A DNA stretch of 64,000 bases from an uncultured delta proteobacterium (GTDB lineage: Bacteria > Myxococcota_A > Polyangia > Polyangiales > Polyangiaceae): assembly GCA_963716725.1 (NCBI GenBank), contig CAVQUB010000034.1:96001-160000 (forward strand), given 5' to 3'. The notes beneath the pieces are model-generated. The model was not told the DNA's origin and made no database searches. It saw nothing but the letters and a program-made list of their open reading frames with translations. Below, piece after piece: positions 10,136 through 20,806 of the stretch. The translations under genes and the position numbers were made by a program. Each line of letters starts with the position of its first letter. The first letter of the stretch is position 1.

Positions 10136-12463
10136 ATGCGGCGCTTCACTCCCCTCGCCTTGGTCGTTCTCGTCACCATGGGTCTCGGCACGGCCAGCTG
10201 CGCCGACGACGCTGAGGAAGCCAAGCCCGCCTTCGGCGGCGGCGGGTCGGGAGGCTCCGGGGGATCGGGCGGCGGCGGCGCGGGCGGCGTCACTGGCGGC
10301 AGCGGTGGCGCGGGCGGCACCACCAGCAACGTGCTCTGCACGACGGAGCTGCGCTTCAAGCCCGACGCCGGTGTGGCGGTGAGCACCGTCGAGGCCGCGG
10401 GCGAGTGGAACGGCTTCGACACCAAGCAGACCGTTCAACTCGAGGGACCGGACGCCAGCGGCTACTACACCGGCAGCGTGCAGACCGCGCCGGGGCTCTG
10501 GGGCTACAAGCTGATCCTCGACGGCAACAACTGGGTGCTCGATCCCGGTCAGGGCTATCGCAAATACGTCGGCGGCACCGAAAACTCGGGCCTGCGCGTG
10601 CGCGACTGCAGCCTGCCGCGGCTCACCGCGTCGTCCACTGCGGTCAGTCGGCCGAGCGCCGGTGCAGGCAAGTTCGAAGCGAAGCTTGGCTTCGTGCCCT
10701 CTATCGGCGGCGACGCGCTCGACGCGAAAGGCGTGACCGCGAAGCTCATGCATCACGGTACCGAGACGGACGTGACGAAGAGCGTGACCGCTGCCGGCAG
10801 TGATCTCAGCGCGGCGCTCGGCAGTCTCGCCGACGGAAAATACACGCTCACGCTGAGCGTGGCGGACGCGAAGGGCAAGCTCTCGGAGCCGCTGCTCCTG
10901 GTGTTCTGGGTCGAGGCCGAGAAGTTCGAATGGTCGGACGCGCTGGTCTACATGATCATGACCGACCGCTTCAAGAACGGCGACAAGACCAACGACGCGC
11001 CCAAGACCAGCGGCGTGCAAGACGTACGCGGCGATTTTCAGGGCGGCGATCTCGAGGGCGTGAGGCAGAAGATCGCCGACGGCACCCTCGACAAGCTCGG
11101 CGTACGGGCGATCTGGATGACGCCCTTCCAGCAGAACCCCGCCGGCGCCTACCTCGCCTCGGACAACTTCCACCAGGTCACGGGCTATCACGGCTACTGG
11201 CCCATCAAGGCGCGCGAGGTCGACGCGCGCATCGGTGGCAACGCCGCGCTGCACGCCCTGGTGAAGGAGGCCCACTCCCACGGCATCCGCATCTTGATGG
11301 ACTACGTGGTGAACCACGTGCACGAAGAGCACGAGTACTACAAGCAGAACCCCGACTGGTTTCGCACCGGCTGCGTCTGTGGCACCTCGAACTGCGACTG
11401 GACCGAGAAGCGCCTGGACTGTCTGTTCACCCCGTACTTGCCCGACGTGAACTGGACGGTGCACGCAGCCGCCGAGCAGTTCACCGACGACGCGCTGTGG
11501 TGGATGGAAGAGTTCGACCTCGATGGCCTGCGCGTGGACGCGGTCAAGCACGTCGAGGACATCGCCATCCGCAACATCTCCACGCGCCTGAAGGACGAGC
11601 TCGAGATCGCCGGCACCACCTATTTTCAGATGGGCGAGACGGCAATGGGCTGGAGCGACTGCGGCGTCGACTGCAACAAGAGCCAGTACGGCACCATCAG
11701 CCAGTACATCGGGCCCTTCGGCCTCGATGGGCAGTTCGACTTCGTGCTCTATCACGGCGTGCCGTACCGGGTGTTCGCCTACGACGAGAAGGGCCTGATC
11801 CACGCCGACTACTGGACGCAGCAGAGCCAGCTTCAGTACCCGGCGGGCGCGGTCATGACGCCGTTCATCGGCAGCCACGACTCGGCGCGCTTCGTGACGC
11901 TCGCGACCTATCGCGGCCAGCCGGGCTACGACAAGGGCGTTCCCGGCAATCAGTGGAACGACGTGGCGGGCGCCCCGCCGGACGCCGAACCCTACGCGCG
12001 CCACGCGCTGGCGTTGTCGTGGCTCTTCGGCCTGCCCGGCGCGCCGCTGCTCTACTACGGCGACGAGTACGGCGAGTGGGGCGGCGCAGATCCGGGCAAC
12101 CGCGCGTTCTGGCGCGGCGACGGCACGCTCTCGGCCAACGAGGCCGCTGTGCTCGATCGCACGCGCAAGCTCGGAGCCGCACGCCGAGAGCTGGTCGCGC
12201 TCCGTCGCGGCGCGTATCGCAGCCTGCACGCCACCGAGAACTTCCTGGCCTTCGCCCGCGAGACCAAAGAAGGCAAGGTCGCCATCGTGGCGCTCTCACG
12301 CGACGCGGGTCCGACCACCACCGAGGTCACGCTGCCGCTGACCTTGCCGCTGACGAACGGCACCGCGCTCAGCGATCGGCTCGGCGGCGCAGCCGTCACC
12401 GTCACCGGTGGCAAGTTGTCGATCTCGCTGCCGGGACGCGGCGCGGCGATCTTGGCGCCGTGA
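10136..12463 (+). CDS. GH13 alpha-amylase lipoprotein with N-terminal CBM48-like domain
   Basis: Lipobox TASC; AGEWNG..YKLILDGNNWVLDP; YMIMTDRF, YHGYWP, DGLRVDAVKH, GSHD, YYGDE. Confidence 0.9.
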   Translation: MRRFTPLALVVLVTMGLGTASCADDAEEAKPAFGGGGSGGSGGSGGGGAGGVTGGSGGAGGTTSNVLCTTELRFKPDAGVAVSTVEAAGEWNGFDTKQTVQLEGPDASGYYTGSVQTAPGLWGYKLILDGNNWVLDPGQGYRKYVGGTENSGLRVRDCSLPRLTASSTAVSRPSAGAGKFEAKLGFVPSIGGDALDAKGVTAKLMHHGTETDVTKSVTAAGSDLSAALGSLADGKYTLTLSVADAKGKLSEPLLLVFWVEAEKFEWSDALVYMIMTDRFKNGDKTNDAPKTSGVQDVRGDFQGGDLEGVRQKIADGTLDKLGVRAIWMTPFQQNPAGAYLASDNFHQVTGYHGYWPIKAREVDARIGGNAALHALVKEAHSHGIRILMDYVVNHVHEEHEYYKQNPDWFRTGCVCGTSNCDWTEKRLDCLFTPYLPDVNWTVHAAAEQFTDDALWWMEEFDLDGLRVDAVKHVEDIAIRNISTRLKDELEIAGTTYFQMGETAMGWSDCGVDCNKSQYGTISQYIGPFGLDGQFDFVLYHGVPYRVFAYDEKGLIHADYWTQQSQLQYPAGAVMTPFIGSHDSARFVTLATYRGQPGYDKGVPGNQWNDVAGAPPDAEPYARHALALSWLFGLPGAPLLYYGDEYGEWGGADPGNRAFWRGDGTLSANEAAVLDRTRKLGAARRELVALRRGAYRSLHATENFLAFARETKEGKVAIVALSRDAGPTTTEVTLPLTLPLTNGTALSDRLGGAAVTVTGGKLSISLPGRGAAILAP

Positions 12464-12681
12464 GCTGCGCTGGGGCCGGCGCCGCTGCCGGCGGGACTGG
12501 ACGCCACTCGGAGGAACTACCGGCCTTCGACGGGGTGATCGCCGTGATCGCCTCGTCAGGCGGCTTCACCCGACTTCGGCGGCGTCCACTCTAGACGCAA
12601 CCGCTTCTGATGTACGGCGCAGTCTCGCAGATAGAGATTGATTAGCGTTTGGTAGGGGATCGCGGTTCGCCCCCCGAAACC

Positions 12682-13455
12682 TCAATTGCAGGACGAGGCC
12701 CCGCAGTAGGTCCAGCACGCGTCGGTGTCCCCGAGGGAGCAGGCCTTGGAAGCACGCGCGTCGTTCTGCTTCAGCTGCTGCAGGTAGGCGTCGTCGCCGT
12801 CATCGTCGGCCGCGCCGGCCTTGGCCTTCATGGAGTCGCCGCCCTTCTTGCCGTAGCCCACGCCCCAGTCCGAACCGTCACAGACCGGGCCTTGTCCCAG
12901 CGCAACGTGCATGGGCTTGTCCTTGGTCGGAGGCCAGTTGACGAACAACGAGGCCCGGTCGTCCTCCCGGCAGACGCGGATCTTGGGGTAGTGGCCCTTC
13001 TTGAGCCGGATCACGAATGACGCGTACTTCCCGGCGACGATCTTCTCGTAGTAGTCGACGCCGATCTGGCCGAAGTCTTCCTTCTTCTCGTAGCCGATCA
13101 CCTTGCCCGTGCAGTAGATGTTCAGCCATTCGCGCAGCACGAACATGCTGCAGCGCTTGCCGCGAGAGTTTGCGCCCTGGGTGTTCACGGCGACGCCCTG
13201 ATCCCACTCGATGCCTTGGGGCGGGTTGGATTTTTCGCTGGGGATTTCGGGGACGTCGCCCACCTTGAAGCTGGGAGGTTTGCTGGGTGGCGTGGGCGCC
13301 GCTCCGGTGTCGGCGGGCGCTGCCGCCGTGCCGGTGGCGACCGGCGACGGAGCGGCGGGCTTGGTCTCCCCCGTCGGCGTGGACTCGTTGCTCCTCTTGC
13401 AGGCCAACAAGGTGAGTGCCAACACCAAGGTCATCTGGAGTGCAGAGCGTTGCAT
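12682..13455 (-). CDS. Hypothetical lipoprotein
   Basis: LLACK lipobox, Pro/Ala linker, Cys-containing domain. Confidence 0.7.
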   Translation of the reverse strand: MQRSALQMTLVLALTLLACKRSNESTPTGETKPAAPSPVATGTAAAPADTGAAPTPPSKPPSFKVGDVPEIPSEKSNPPQGIEWDQGVAVNTQGANSRGKRCSMFVLREWLNIYCTGKVIGYEKKEDFGQIGVDYYEKIVAGKYASFVIRLKKGHYPKIRVCREDDRASLFVNWPPTKDKPMHVALGQGPVCDGSDWGVGYGKKGGDSMKAKAGAADDDGDDAYLQQLKQNDARASKACSLGDTDACWTYCGASSCN

Positions 13456-13561
13456 GCGTCGTAGTTCCTTTTCTGCCGAGACGAACGATTCCGGGCACGA
13501 TACCAGAGACCGCAGCGAGCGCTGCATCAAGATCGACCTTCGCTTGTGGCATACTGCCGCG

Positions 13562-14275
13562 ATGCAATCGCGGATTTGGCCTGGGGTGCTCGCCGCGTCT
13601 CTCATCACCAGCGCCGCCGGCGCAGATCTGCCGCCGCCAGATGGGATGAAGCAGGTTGGTTACGCTTTCCAGGTGAACGGGCTCAGGGGCTTCGGAGATT
13701 GGGTGCTGCTCGGGTTCCCGATGCGCGCGCCCGCCGGCAACGCCACCCACGGGTTCACGCCGGTCGAAGACGGCAAGCGCACGCGCGTCGATCGGCGCAA
13801 CGGCACCCCGAAGTTCTACGCGATGAAGAAACAAGCGTACGAACCCTGGCTCACGAAGTACCAACCCGCTGCCGATCCGAACCGCGATCCGGCCCTGGAC
13901 GCGCTCTTCGCCAGCGCCCAGGTGGTGGCGTGCAACCTGAGCCCTCGACCCCTCAACCTAATCCGCAAAGAAGATCCGCGAAGCGAGATCGTCGAGACCT
14001 TTCGAGTCAAGGCGCTCACCAGCACGAACTGCGAGCTCGAGCTCACCTCCGGGACGCCCCCGACCGCTGATCCGAGCGCGGCCCCGACCGGCTCGCCGCC
14101 CGCGTCCGCCGCGCCGGCGACGAGCCCCACGAACTCCCCGAGCGCAGCGCCGCCGTCGGCCAAGCCGGGTGGTTGCGGCGGCTGCGCGCTGTCGACCCAA
14201 GGCGAATCGGGCGGCAGCGCGCTTGCTCTTTGGCTCGGCGCGCTCGGCTTGCTCCGACGCGCTCGACGGCGCTGA
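13562..14275 (+). CDS. Secreted protein with MYXO-CTERM
   Basis: Signal peptide; GGCGGCAL-TM-RRARRR. Confidence 0.75.
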   Translation: MQSRIWPGVLAASLITSAAGADLPPPDGMKQVGYAFQVNGLRGFGDWVLLGFPMRAPAGNATHGFTPVEDGKRTRVDRRNGTPKFYAMKKQAYEPWLTKYQPAADPNRDPALDALFASAQVVACNLSPRPLNLIRKEDPRSEIVETFRVKALTSTNCELELTSGTPPTADPSAAPTGSPPASAAPATSPTNSPSAAPPSAKPGGCGGCALSTQGESGGSALALWLGALGLLRRARRR

Positions 14276-14353
14276 GTTCGGGCGCGTGGCCGTCATTGGC
14301 GCGGGCGACGTTCAGAGCTTGAGGACCGGAGGACCAAGCGCTATCTGAGATCA

Positions 14354-15415
14354 ATGAAGGCTCTCCTTGCCGTCGCGTGTGCGCTCATCTCCGTCGCCTG
14401 CGGCGGCGATTCGGATCCGAGCAAGGGTGGCCCCACGGGTGGGGCTGGTGGAGTGTCTGTGGGCGGCAGCGCAGGCTCCGGCGGCAGCGCAGGCTCCGGC
14501 GGCAGCGCAGGCTCCGGCGGCAGCGCAGGCTCCGGCGGCAGCGCAGGCTCCGGCGGCAGCGCGCCGGGTTGTGCCTTCGAGAAGGCGTCGGGCAGCGGCA
14601 AGCTGTGCGCGGTGTCTCCGTCGGCGATTTCCGCCGGGACCAGCAACGCTTTTGGCTACCACGCCGTTGGCCTGCCGGCAGCGATCACGGCCAGCACTCC
14701 CGTCTACGTGCACTTGGTCGGATCCGGCGGCGATCCGGCGAAACCGGCGACCAAGAGCTTCCCCAACCAACTCTTGATGGACGAGTTGGTCGCCGCCGGG
14801 GTGCTGGTGTTGCTGCCGGCCTACGACAACTTCCCGACCATCGGCTCGCTCTGCAAGAACGACCTCGCATGCTACGAGCCGCTGCGGCGCGAGGTGATGT
14901 ACGGGCAGGCCGCGCCCGCGCCCTACGCGACCCTCAAAGACGTAACGAAGCCCAACGACATCGCCTCGCGTCTGAACTCACTGGTCGCGGCCCTCACGGC
15001 TCAGGGGGCGTTGGGGTCCACGCCCCCGGCCGCACTCGCGGGTGGGAAGTTCGATGCGTCCAAGGCGCGCATCGGCGGCCATTCGCAGGGTGGAGGGCAC
15101 GCTGGGCTGTTCGCGAAGGACACACTGTTCGAACGCTTGTGCATGCTCAGCTCACCCATTGATGCCTCCGACACGGGTGGTGTGGGGGTGGCGGTGCCCT
15201 GGGTGAGCGGAACGTGGGCAACGAAGCTCGGCGCACGTCGGGCCGTGATCCACGAACAGGATCCTGGCTTCATCAAAGCCAAGGCCAACTTCGACGCCAT
15301 GGGGCTGGTCGAAGGGACTCACTGGCAGCGACTCACATGGGCTACGACCGAGGCCCACGCTTCGACCGTCAAAGATGTCGCGGCCGCTGCCGCGCGCGCC
15401 GCGTGCATCCAGTGA
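14354..15415 (+). CDS. Alpha/beta hydrolase lipoprotein
   Basis: Lipobox VAC; GHSQGG nucleophile elbow. Confidence 0.75.
   Translation: MKALLAVACALISVACGGDSDPSKGGPTGGAGGVSVGGSAGSGGSAGSGGSAGSGGSAGSGGSAGSGGSAPGCAFEKASGSGKLCAVSPSAISAGTSNAFGYHAVGLPAAITASTPVYVHLVGSGGDPAKPATKSFPNQLLMDELVAAGVLVLLPAYDNFPTIGSLCKNDLACYEPLRREVMYGQAAPAPYATLKDVTKPNDIASRLNSLVAALTAQGALGSTPPAALAGGKFDASKARIGGHSQGGGHAGLFAKDTLFERLCMLSSPIDASDTGGVGVAVPWVSGTWATKLGARRAVIHEQDPGFIKAKANFDAMGLVEGTHWQRLTWATTEAHASTVKDVAAAAARAACIQ
14462..14562 (+). repeat. 18 bp perfect coding tandem repeat x5.6 (GGSAGS)
   Basis: ggcggcagcgcaggctcc repeated. Confidence 0.95.
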
Positions 15416-15984
15416 TGGCGAAGTCGGCGCTTGCGGCCGGCGTTGTCGCGCTCGCTGCTGGGTGCGCGAACCCTCACCCGTCGACCACGGTCGTCGAGAC
15501 CGCGCGCTTCGCTTCGATCGACGCCAAGCGCAGTCGCGGAACGACCTGCCACGGCGGAGCACGCTACGATCGCGAGCGCGGTTGCGTGGTCGAGGGTTGG
15601 GGCGTGAACGTCACCATCCGTCATCACGACGCCATGGGTGACGGCTTTCGTCTGATCGGAGCGGCCTACGCCCTCGACGGCGTGCTCTTGCTCGACACCA
15701 ATGACCCCGACCTACTCTCGCGGCGGGACTTCCCCGTGCTCACCAGCCCCTTTCGTCCCGGTCCCCACGAGATCGCGGTGCTGCTTCGCTATCAGGGGCA
15801 CGGCTCTGGGGTCTTCAGCTACCTGTCCGGATACCGCTTCGCCGCGAAGCAAGCGTTCTCCTTCGACGTGCCCTCGACCGGATCCGTCATGGTGGTGGTG
15901 GTGGGAGACGAAGCCGGCGACCCGACGGTACCCCTGGAAGCCCGACCACGAATCCGCCTCACGCGCAGCGCGCCGACCCGCTGA
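15415..15984 (+). CDS. Hypothetical lipoprotein
   Basis: AAGC lipobox; ATG overlaps upstream TGA; GHGSGVFSYLSGYRF motif. Confidence 0.7.
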   Translation: MAKSALAAGVVALAAGCANPHPSTTVVETARFASIDAKRSRGTTCHGGARYDRERGCVVEGWGVNVTIRHHDAMGDGFRLIGAAYALDGVLLLDTNDPDLLSRRDFPVLTSPFRPGPHEIAVLLRYQGHGSGVFSYLSGYRFAAKQAFSFDVPSTGSVMVVVVGDEAGDPTVPLEARPRIRLTRSAPTR

Positions 15985-16021
15985 GCGGAACTCGACGCAC
16001 ACTGGGCTATAGTCCAGCGCC

Positions 16022-16288
16022 ATGAAAGCCGTGATCTTCCTGGCTGCTCTGGCAGTCTCCGCCTGCGTCGTGGAGTCGAATACAGCGCACGAGTGGGTGC
16101 GCAAGCGGGCGTCGCAGGACTTCAACTGCCCGATGGGGCAGCTGACCATCTACCACTACACGAACAAGCCCCACGAGAAGGGCGCCGTCGGTTGCGGGAA
16201 GGGCATGGTCTACGTCGAGCAGTGTCAAGGCTCCGACTGCCGCTGGGTCGCCGATCCCAGCCGCGGCGAACCGAAGCGCCCGAAGTGA
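16022..16288 (+). CDS. Small Cys-containing lipoprotein
   Basis: VSAC lipobox; RASQDFNC...GCG pattern. Confidence 0.75.
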   Translation: MKAVIFLAALAVSACVVESNTAHEWVRKRASQDFNCPMGQLTIYHYTNKPHEKGAVGCGKGMVYVEQCQGSDCRWVADPSRGEPKRPK

Positions 16289-16290
16289 GC

Positions 16291-18459
16291 ATGTCGCGTC
16301 TTCTGAGAACGCTGGCGCTGACCGCCGCTGGGGCCGCTTGCGCGCCTGCCTGCGGCAGCGACGAACCGATCGCAGCCGCGCCGGCTGCCTGCGTCGCGTC
16401 GGCGGCTCATCCGCTCGAGGCGGTTGTCGAAAACGTGAGCCTGTACCTCGACGCGCCCGCGAGCGGAGCGCTGGACATTCTGAAGCAAGACGTCTCTGCC
16501 ACCTTGGGTCAACTCTGGGGCCAAGGAGACTTGCCCATCGTCGCTGGCAAGCCCAGCGCCACCGATGCGGTCGCAATCTGGTTCTCGACTTCCGCAGAAG
16601 CTCGCGATCGCATCGGCAGCAAGCTCAGCGAAGGGTTCTCTCTGAAGCGCATCGATGAGGGCGGACGGGTCCTGTTCGTGATCTACGCGCCGGACGAGCA
16701 AAACCTCGCTTACGGCGCTTACGCTTTCCTCGAAGAGCTCGGGGTGCGCTATTTCCACCCCCGCGCGGAGCTCGTACCGAAGTACGCGGGTGTGCGGGTG
16801 CCGACGACCCTCGACCTGTCGCGCCGGCCCGCCTGGAGGATACGGGGCATCCAGGAGCACACGCTGCATCCCATCGAAACCATGACGGTGCTGAACGAAC
16901 CGGGCGCCGAGAACCTGGCCGAGGCCAAGGGCTACATCGACTGGTTGGTGAAGACCGGGCAGAACTTCTTGCAGTGGCCGCTGATGGACGTTCCCTGGGG
17001 GCCGTTTCGCCAACACGCGCAGGCCATCGCCGACTACGCGCACCTGCGCGGGGTGAAGGTGGGCGCGAGCATCGTGCTCTTCGGCGCGTCCGCGCACCAG
17101 AACAACTACGTCTTGATCGAGGACACCACCAGCTGGCAGACGGAACTCGACGCACAGCTCGCCCAATTGCTGGAGGTCGACTGGGACGTGGTCGAGCTCA
17201 CGCTCGGGGAGTTCGTCGGCGAAGATCCGAGCGCCATAGTGACCTGGCTCAATCACGCCACCGATCGCGTCGCCACGACGCACCCGACCACGGAGGTGGC
17301 GACATCGATCCACGTCGGCAACTACCCGAGTCTCTGGGTCGACTACAAAGGCAAGAAGACCTTCTTCTACCACCTGGCCGGCGACGCCGATCCGCGCTTG
17401 ACCGCCAGCGTGCACACCATCGCCTTCTTCGATCTGTACCGACCGTGGGCCACCTATGCCCACGACGACTTCTTCTTCCAGCGCGAGTTCCTTTTCGGCG
17501 AACTCGGCAAGCGCAAGGTGCGCTACTTCCCGGAGTCGGCGTATTGGATCGGCGCCGACGTCGATGTGCCGCAGTTTCTGCCCGAGTACGTCTACGCGCG
17601 CTGGCTGGACATCAGCTCTCTGTCGCGAGACATCCGGGAGAAGAAGCTGCCAAACCTCGACGGCCACGTGCTGTTTTCGTCGGGCAAAGAGTGGGGATTC
17701 TGGCTCAACGACTACCTGACGGCGAAGCTGCAGTGGAACCCCGAGGGTTCGTTTCAAGATCTGATCGGGCACGCGACGGGCGTGTTCGGCGAGTGCAGCG
17801 GCGACGTCACCCAGAGCCTCGAAGGCCTGATCGCGCTTCAGAACGACTACCTCTTCGATCGGCGCTTGGCCGCCTACGTGCAGGGCGAGGACACGGTCCT
17901 CGACCTGGGCTTTCTCGCCGGCATCGAGAGCCATCCGAAGCGAATTCCCTTTCAAGAGGTGGCTGAGCTCGCCCCGGCTGAGCAGGAAGCCTTCGAGAGA
18001 GACGTGCTCGGTGGCTTACTCGAGATGACCAAGAAGCTCGCGCCCTTCGAGCATTCGCTGGCGACCCGCTGCGCCCACGCCGAGCCGGCCCTCGCGCCCT
18101 GGTGCGACGAGTTGGTGGACGGCTTCGCCATCAATCGCCTGCGCGCCGAGCACTCGGTTTGGCTGTACCGAGCGGTCATCGACTGGGCGCGCGGCGGCAA
18201 GAGCCACGGCTCGCACCTGGCTCGCGCTCGCAAGGTCACTGCGCAAGCCGAGACCGTGATCGCGCGACGTGAAGCCGGCTACCGCTATCCGCTCGGGCGA
18301 CTGGTCGATGCCTACGTCAACCCGACCGTCTACGACTTTGGCTACCTGCGCCAAGCGCATGTGGCCTGCTTCTGGCATCGGCAGGATCTCCAAGTCGAGA
18401 CGCTGCTGACCGAGGGTGTGGCCGCGCCACTCTCGACCTTGCCGACCTGCCTGGATTGA
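16291..18459 (+). CDS. Large lipoprotein, possible glycoside-hydrolase-like fold
   Basis: Lipoprotein signal; EGFSL..YGAYAFLEELGVRYFHP and P..RGI resemble GH20/GH67-type N-terminal domains. Confidence 0.6.
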   Translation: MSRLLRTLALTAAGAACAPACGSDEPIAAAPAACVASAAHPLEAVVENVSLYLDAPASGALDILKQDVSATLGQLWGQGDLPIVAGKPSATDAVAIWFSTSAEARDRIGSKLSEGFSLKRIDEGGRVLFVIYAPDEQNLAYGAYAFLEELGVRYFHPRAELVPKYAGVRVPTTLDLSRRPAWRIRGIQEHTLHPIETMTVLNEPGAENLAEAKGYIDWLVKTGQNFLQWPLMDVPWGPFRQHAQAIADYAHLRGVKVGASIVLFGASAHQNNYVLIEDTTSWQTELDAQLAQLLEVDWDVVELTLGEFVGEDPSAIVTWLNHATDRVATTHPTTEVATSIHVGNYPSLWVDYKGKKTFFYHLAGDADPRLTASVHTIAFFDLYRPWATYAHDDFFFQREFLFGELGKRKVRYFPESAYWIGADVDVPQFLPEYVYARWLDISSLSRDIREKKLPNLDGHVLFSSGKEWGFWLNDYLTAKLQWNPEGSFQDLIGHATGVFGECSGDVTQSLEGLIALQNDYLFDRRLAAYVQGEDTVLDLGFLAGIESHPKRIPFQEVAELAPAEQEAFERDVLGGLLEMTKKLAPFEHSLATRCAHAEPALAPWCDELVDGFAINRLRAEHSVWLYRAVIDWARGGKSHGSHLARARKVTAQAETVIARREAGYRYPLGRLVDAYVNPTVYDFGYLRQAHVACFWHRQDLQVETLLTEGVAAPLSTLPTCLD

Positions 18460-18560
18460 CGGCGCGGGCAGGCACGCGCCCAGTTTGGAGCAGAGCTCCC
18501 TCTCCAGCTCTCCGGTCGCGCGGGTAGATCGCCCGGCGGGGAAGCGTAGAATCGCGGGCC

Positions 18561-20711
18561 ATGCGCCGCGTCGCCCAAGGTCTCGCCCTTCTCTTGGTCG
18601 CCTGCGCCGGCGCTCCTCCACCGGCCGTGCAAAAGCCTGAGCGAGTCGCGGTGGTCGAGGTCAAGCCGGAGCCCGAGAAGCCCGAGCCCCCCGAGCCCCT
18701 CGCCGCCGAAGACGTCGAGCTCACCCAGACGAGCGAGTTCATCGCGCTGAGCCTCGGCAGCATCCAGCCGAAGCTCTTGACCGACGACGAGCTCCTGCGG
18801 CGCTTGCCCGCGGCGGCGAAGCGTGAGTTCCAAGCGGTCGAGCGCGCCCGCGCGTCTGCGCGTAACGCGAGGGCGAAGGAGAACCAGGCTGCCGCAGAGC
18901 TCTACGGCTGCGACGACTGCGAACCGAACGCGGCCCTCGAGATCAAGCACAAGCGAGCCTTGAAGGCAGTCGAGAACGCCCACGACGGGCTCGCCAGAAC
19001 CAAAGCGCACGCCGAGAAGTCTCTGGACAAGCAGCTCGATGCGCCCAAAGCCGCGCCTGAGATTGGCATCGCCCTCGCTCGCATCGAGTCACGCGGCTTC
19101 GAGCTCGCGGCTGACGATGGCAGCAGCCCTGCGGTCGAGTACGCTGAGGAGCAGTCGAGCGCGCGCGGCGCGGACGCGCTCGGTCGCGCGCTTCCGCTCG
19201 CCGGTCCGGACCAGGAGCCCGGGCAGCGAGTGCGCCAAGAGCTCTTGAACCGACTCTGGTCGAAGCGTGGCGCAGCGCGCGCCCGGCAGATCATCGATGA
19301 GCTTCTCGCTTCGGGACCACGCGAGTGGCGCGCCGAGCTTCGCTTTCGCGCGGCGCTGTTCGACGCCCTCGACGGGGACGACGCCAAGGCCGCCGAGGCC
19401 TTCGAGCAAGGGCTCCGGGAACACGTCTCGGGAAGCGGCGTGACGCGTGAGACGCTCGCGACCGGCGCGCTCTTCGCCCGCTACCGGGCGCTGGATTTCG
19501 AGCGAACCCTCGGCGCCGCGATGCGCGTCTTCGAAGAGGCCAATCGGCCGGCGCCACCTCCGCCCGAGCCTCCGGCCGCGCCGGTGGCCAAGCCCACGCC
19601 CACCAAGAAATGGTCGAAGCGGCCCTCGGCCGCTGCCGCCCGCAACGCCGCACTGCTCGGCGAGTTCGGAATGTTGGGCATGTTCTCGTCGTCCTTTGCG
19701 AGCAGGCTGGGCGAGCGCGGCGTGGGGCGCTTGGCGGCCGACGCCGTTGAGCGACTGGGCCGCGATCCGACCAGCATCGTAGGGCCGGCGCGCGCGAAGG
19801 CTGCGGTTCTGTCCCTTTTGGCCGCACGAGCGCTCTACCGCAACGACGTCGTGAAGGCGCGGCGCCTGGCCGAGGCGGCGCGTTCGCTCGGAGCCTTGGC
19901 CGAGACTCGCAATGCGATCAAAGTGCTGCACGCGTTGGCGCTGCGCGACGACGACATGCCGCGGGCGAAGGCGTTGCAAGAGCAGGCCTCGAAGCTGCCC
20001 TGGGGCGGCGCTACGTTCGGGCACCAAGCCGAGCCCGACCTCCGCGGCCTGGAGGCGTACCTGCGAGACTCCAAGTCGGTTCACGCCAAAGTCCAAGGAC
20101 GAAACGACAAAGCGAAGGAGCCCGAAGTTGCGAACAACGTCCGTTCGGCGTTGCGTGCGTGTCTCGAGCCGGTGCGAAAGCGCCTGCCCGCAGCCATCGG
20201 CACGGGCAAGGACCGACGGATTGCGACAATCACTCTGATTGCGAAGGTCTTCGAGGACGGCCATGCGGAGCTCGACGTGGACGCCGATCGCAAAGACGAT
20301 GGCATCGCACAGGTCCTCGTGTGCCTGAAGGGCTTGGGTCCGCACGCGCTCGCGCACGCCCCGTCGAGCGTGAGTGCGAAGATCGTGCTCAACGACTCCG
20401 CGCGCTTCCGCAACACTTGGGGCGGGGGTTCTGGCATCGGCGGCCTCTTCGGCGAGGGCGAGATCGGCCAATCGTTCGGGTCCGGCGGCCTCGGCCTGCG
20501 CGGGAGCGGCGGGCTGGGTGTGCGCGGGGGCGGCGGCGGCACGGGGATCGGCGGGATCGGCGGGCTGGGTGTGCGCGGGAGCGGCGGCGGCGGCGGAACC
20601 GGGCGCGGCTACGGCGGGATGCGCTTGGGCGGGAAGAAGCCGATGAAGAAGCCAGTGCCTCCGCAGCCGCCACCCACGCCAGCGCCTATGGCGAAGCCGC
20701 CGACGAAGTAA
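18561..20711 (+). CDS. Helical lipoprotein with Gly-rich C-terminus
   Basis: LVAC lipobox, TPR-like helices, GEIGQSFGSGGLGL tail. Confidence 0.65.
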   Translation: MRRVAQGLALLLVACAGAPPPAVQKPERVAVVEVKPEPEKPEPPEPLAAEDVELTQTSEFIALSLGSIQPKLLTDDELLRRLPAAAKREFQAVERARASARNARAKENQAAAELYGCDDCEPNAALEIKHKRALKAVENAHDGLARTKAHAEKSLDKQLDAPKAAPEIGIALARIESRGFELAADDGSSPAVEYAEEQSSARGADALGRALPLAGPDQEPGQRVRQELLNRLWSKRGAARARQIIDELLASGPREWRAELRFRAALFDALDGDDAKAAEAFEQGLREHVSGSGVTRETLATGALFARYRALDFERTLGAAMRVFEEANRPAPPPPEPPAAPVAKPTPTKKWSKRPSAAAARNAALLGEFGMLGMFSSSFASRLGERGVGRLAADAVERLGRDPTSIVGPARAKAAVLSLLAARALYRNDVVKARRLAEAARSLGALAETRNAIKVLHALALRDDDMPRAKALQEQASKLPWGGATFGHQAEPDLRGLEAYLRDSKSVHAKVQGRNDKAKEPEVANNVRSALRACLEPVRKRLPAAIGTGKDRRIATITLIAKVFEDGHAELDVDADRKDDGIAQVLVCLKGLGPHALAHAPSSVSAKIVLNDSARFRNTWGGGSGIGGLFGEGEIGQSFGSGGLGLRGSGGLGVRGGGGGTGIGGIGGLGVRGSGGGGGTGRGYGGMRLGGKKPMKKPVPPQPPPTPAPMAKPPTK

Positions 20712-20806
20712 CAAGCGGCGTCCACCACTGGTCCAGATCGCGCCCATGCTCCGAGAGCAGACTCACTCACGCAACGGGCCGTGCCCTTCCGCTAGGATTG
20801 CGAGCG

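Noticed and set aside
14462..14562. Tandem repeat as phase-variation switch
   Set aside because: In-frame 18-mer encoding a Gly/Ser linker typical of these lipoproteins
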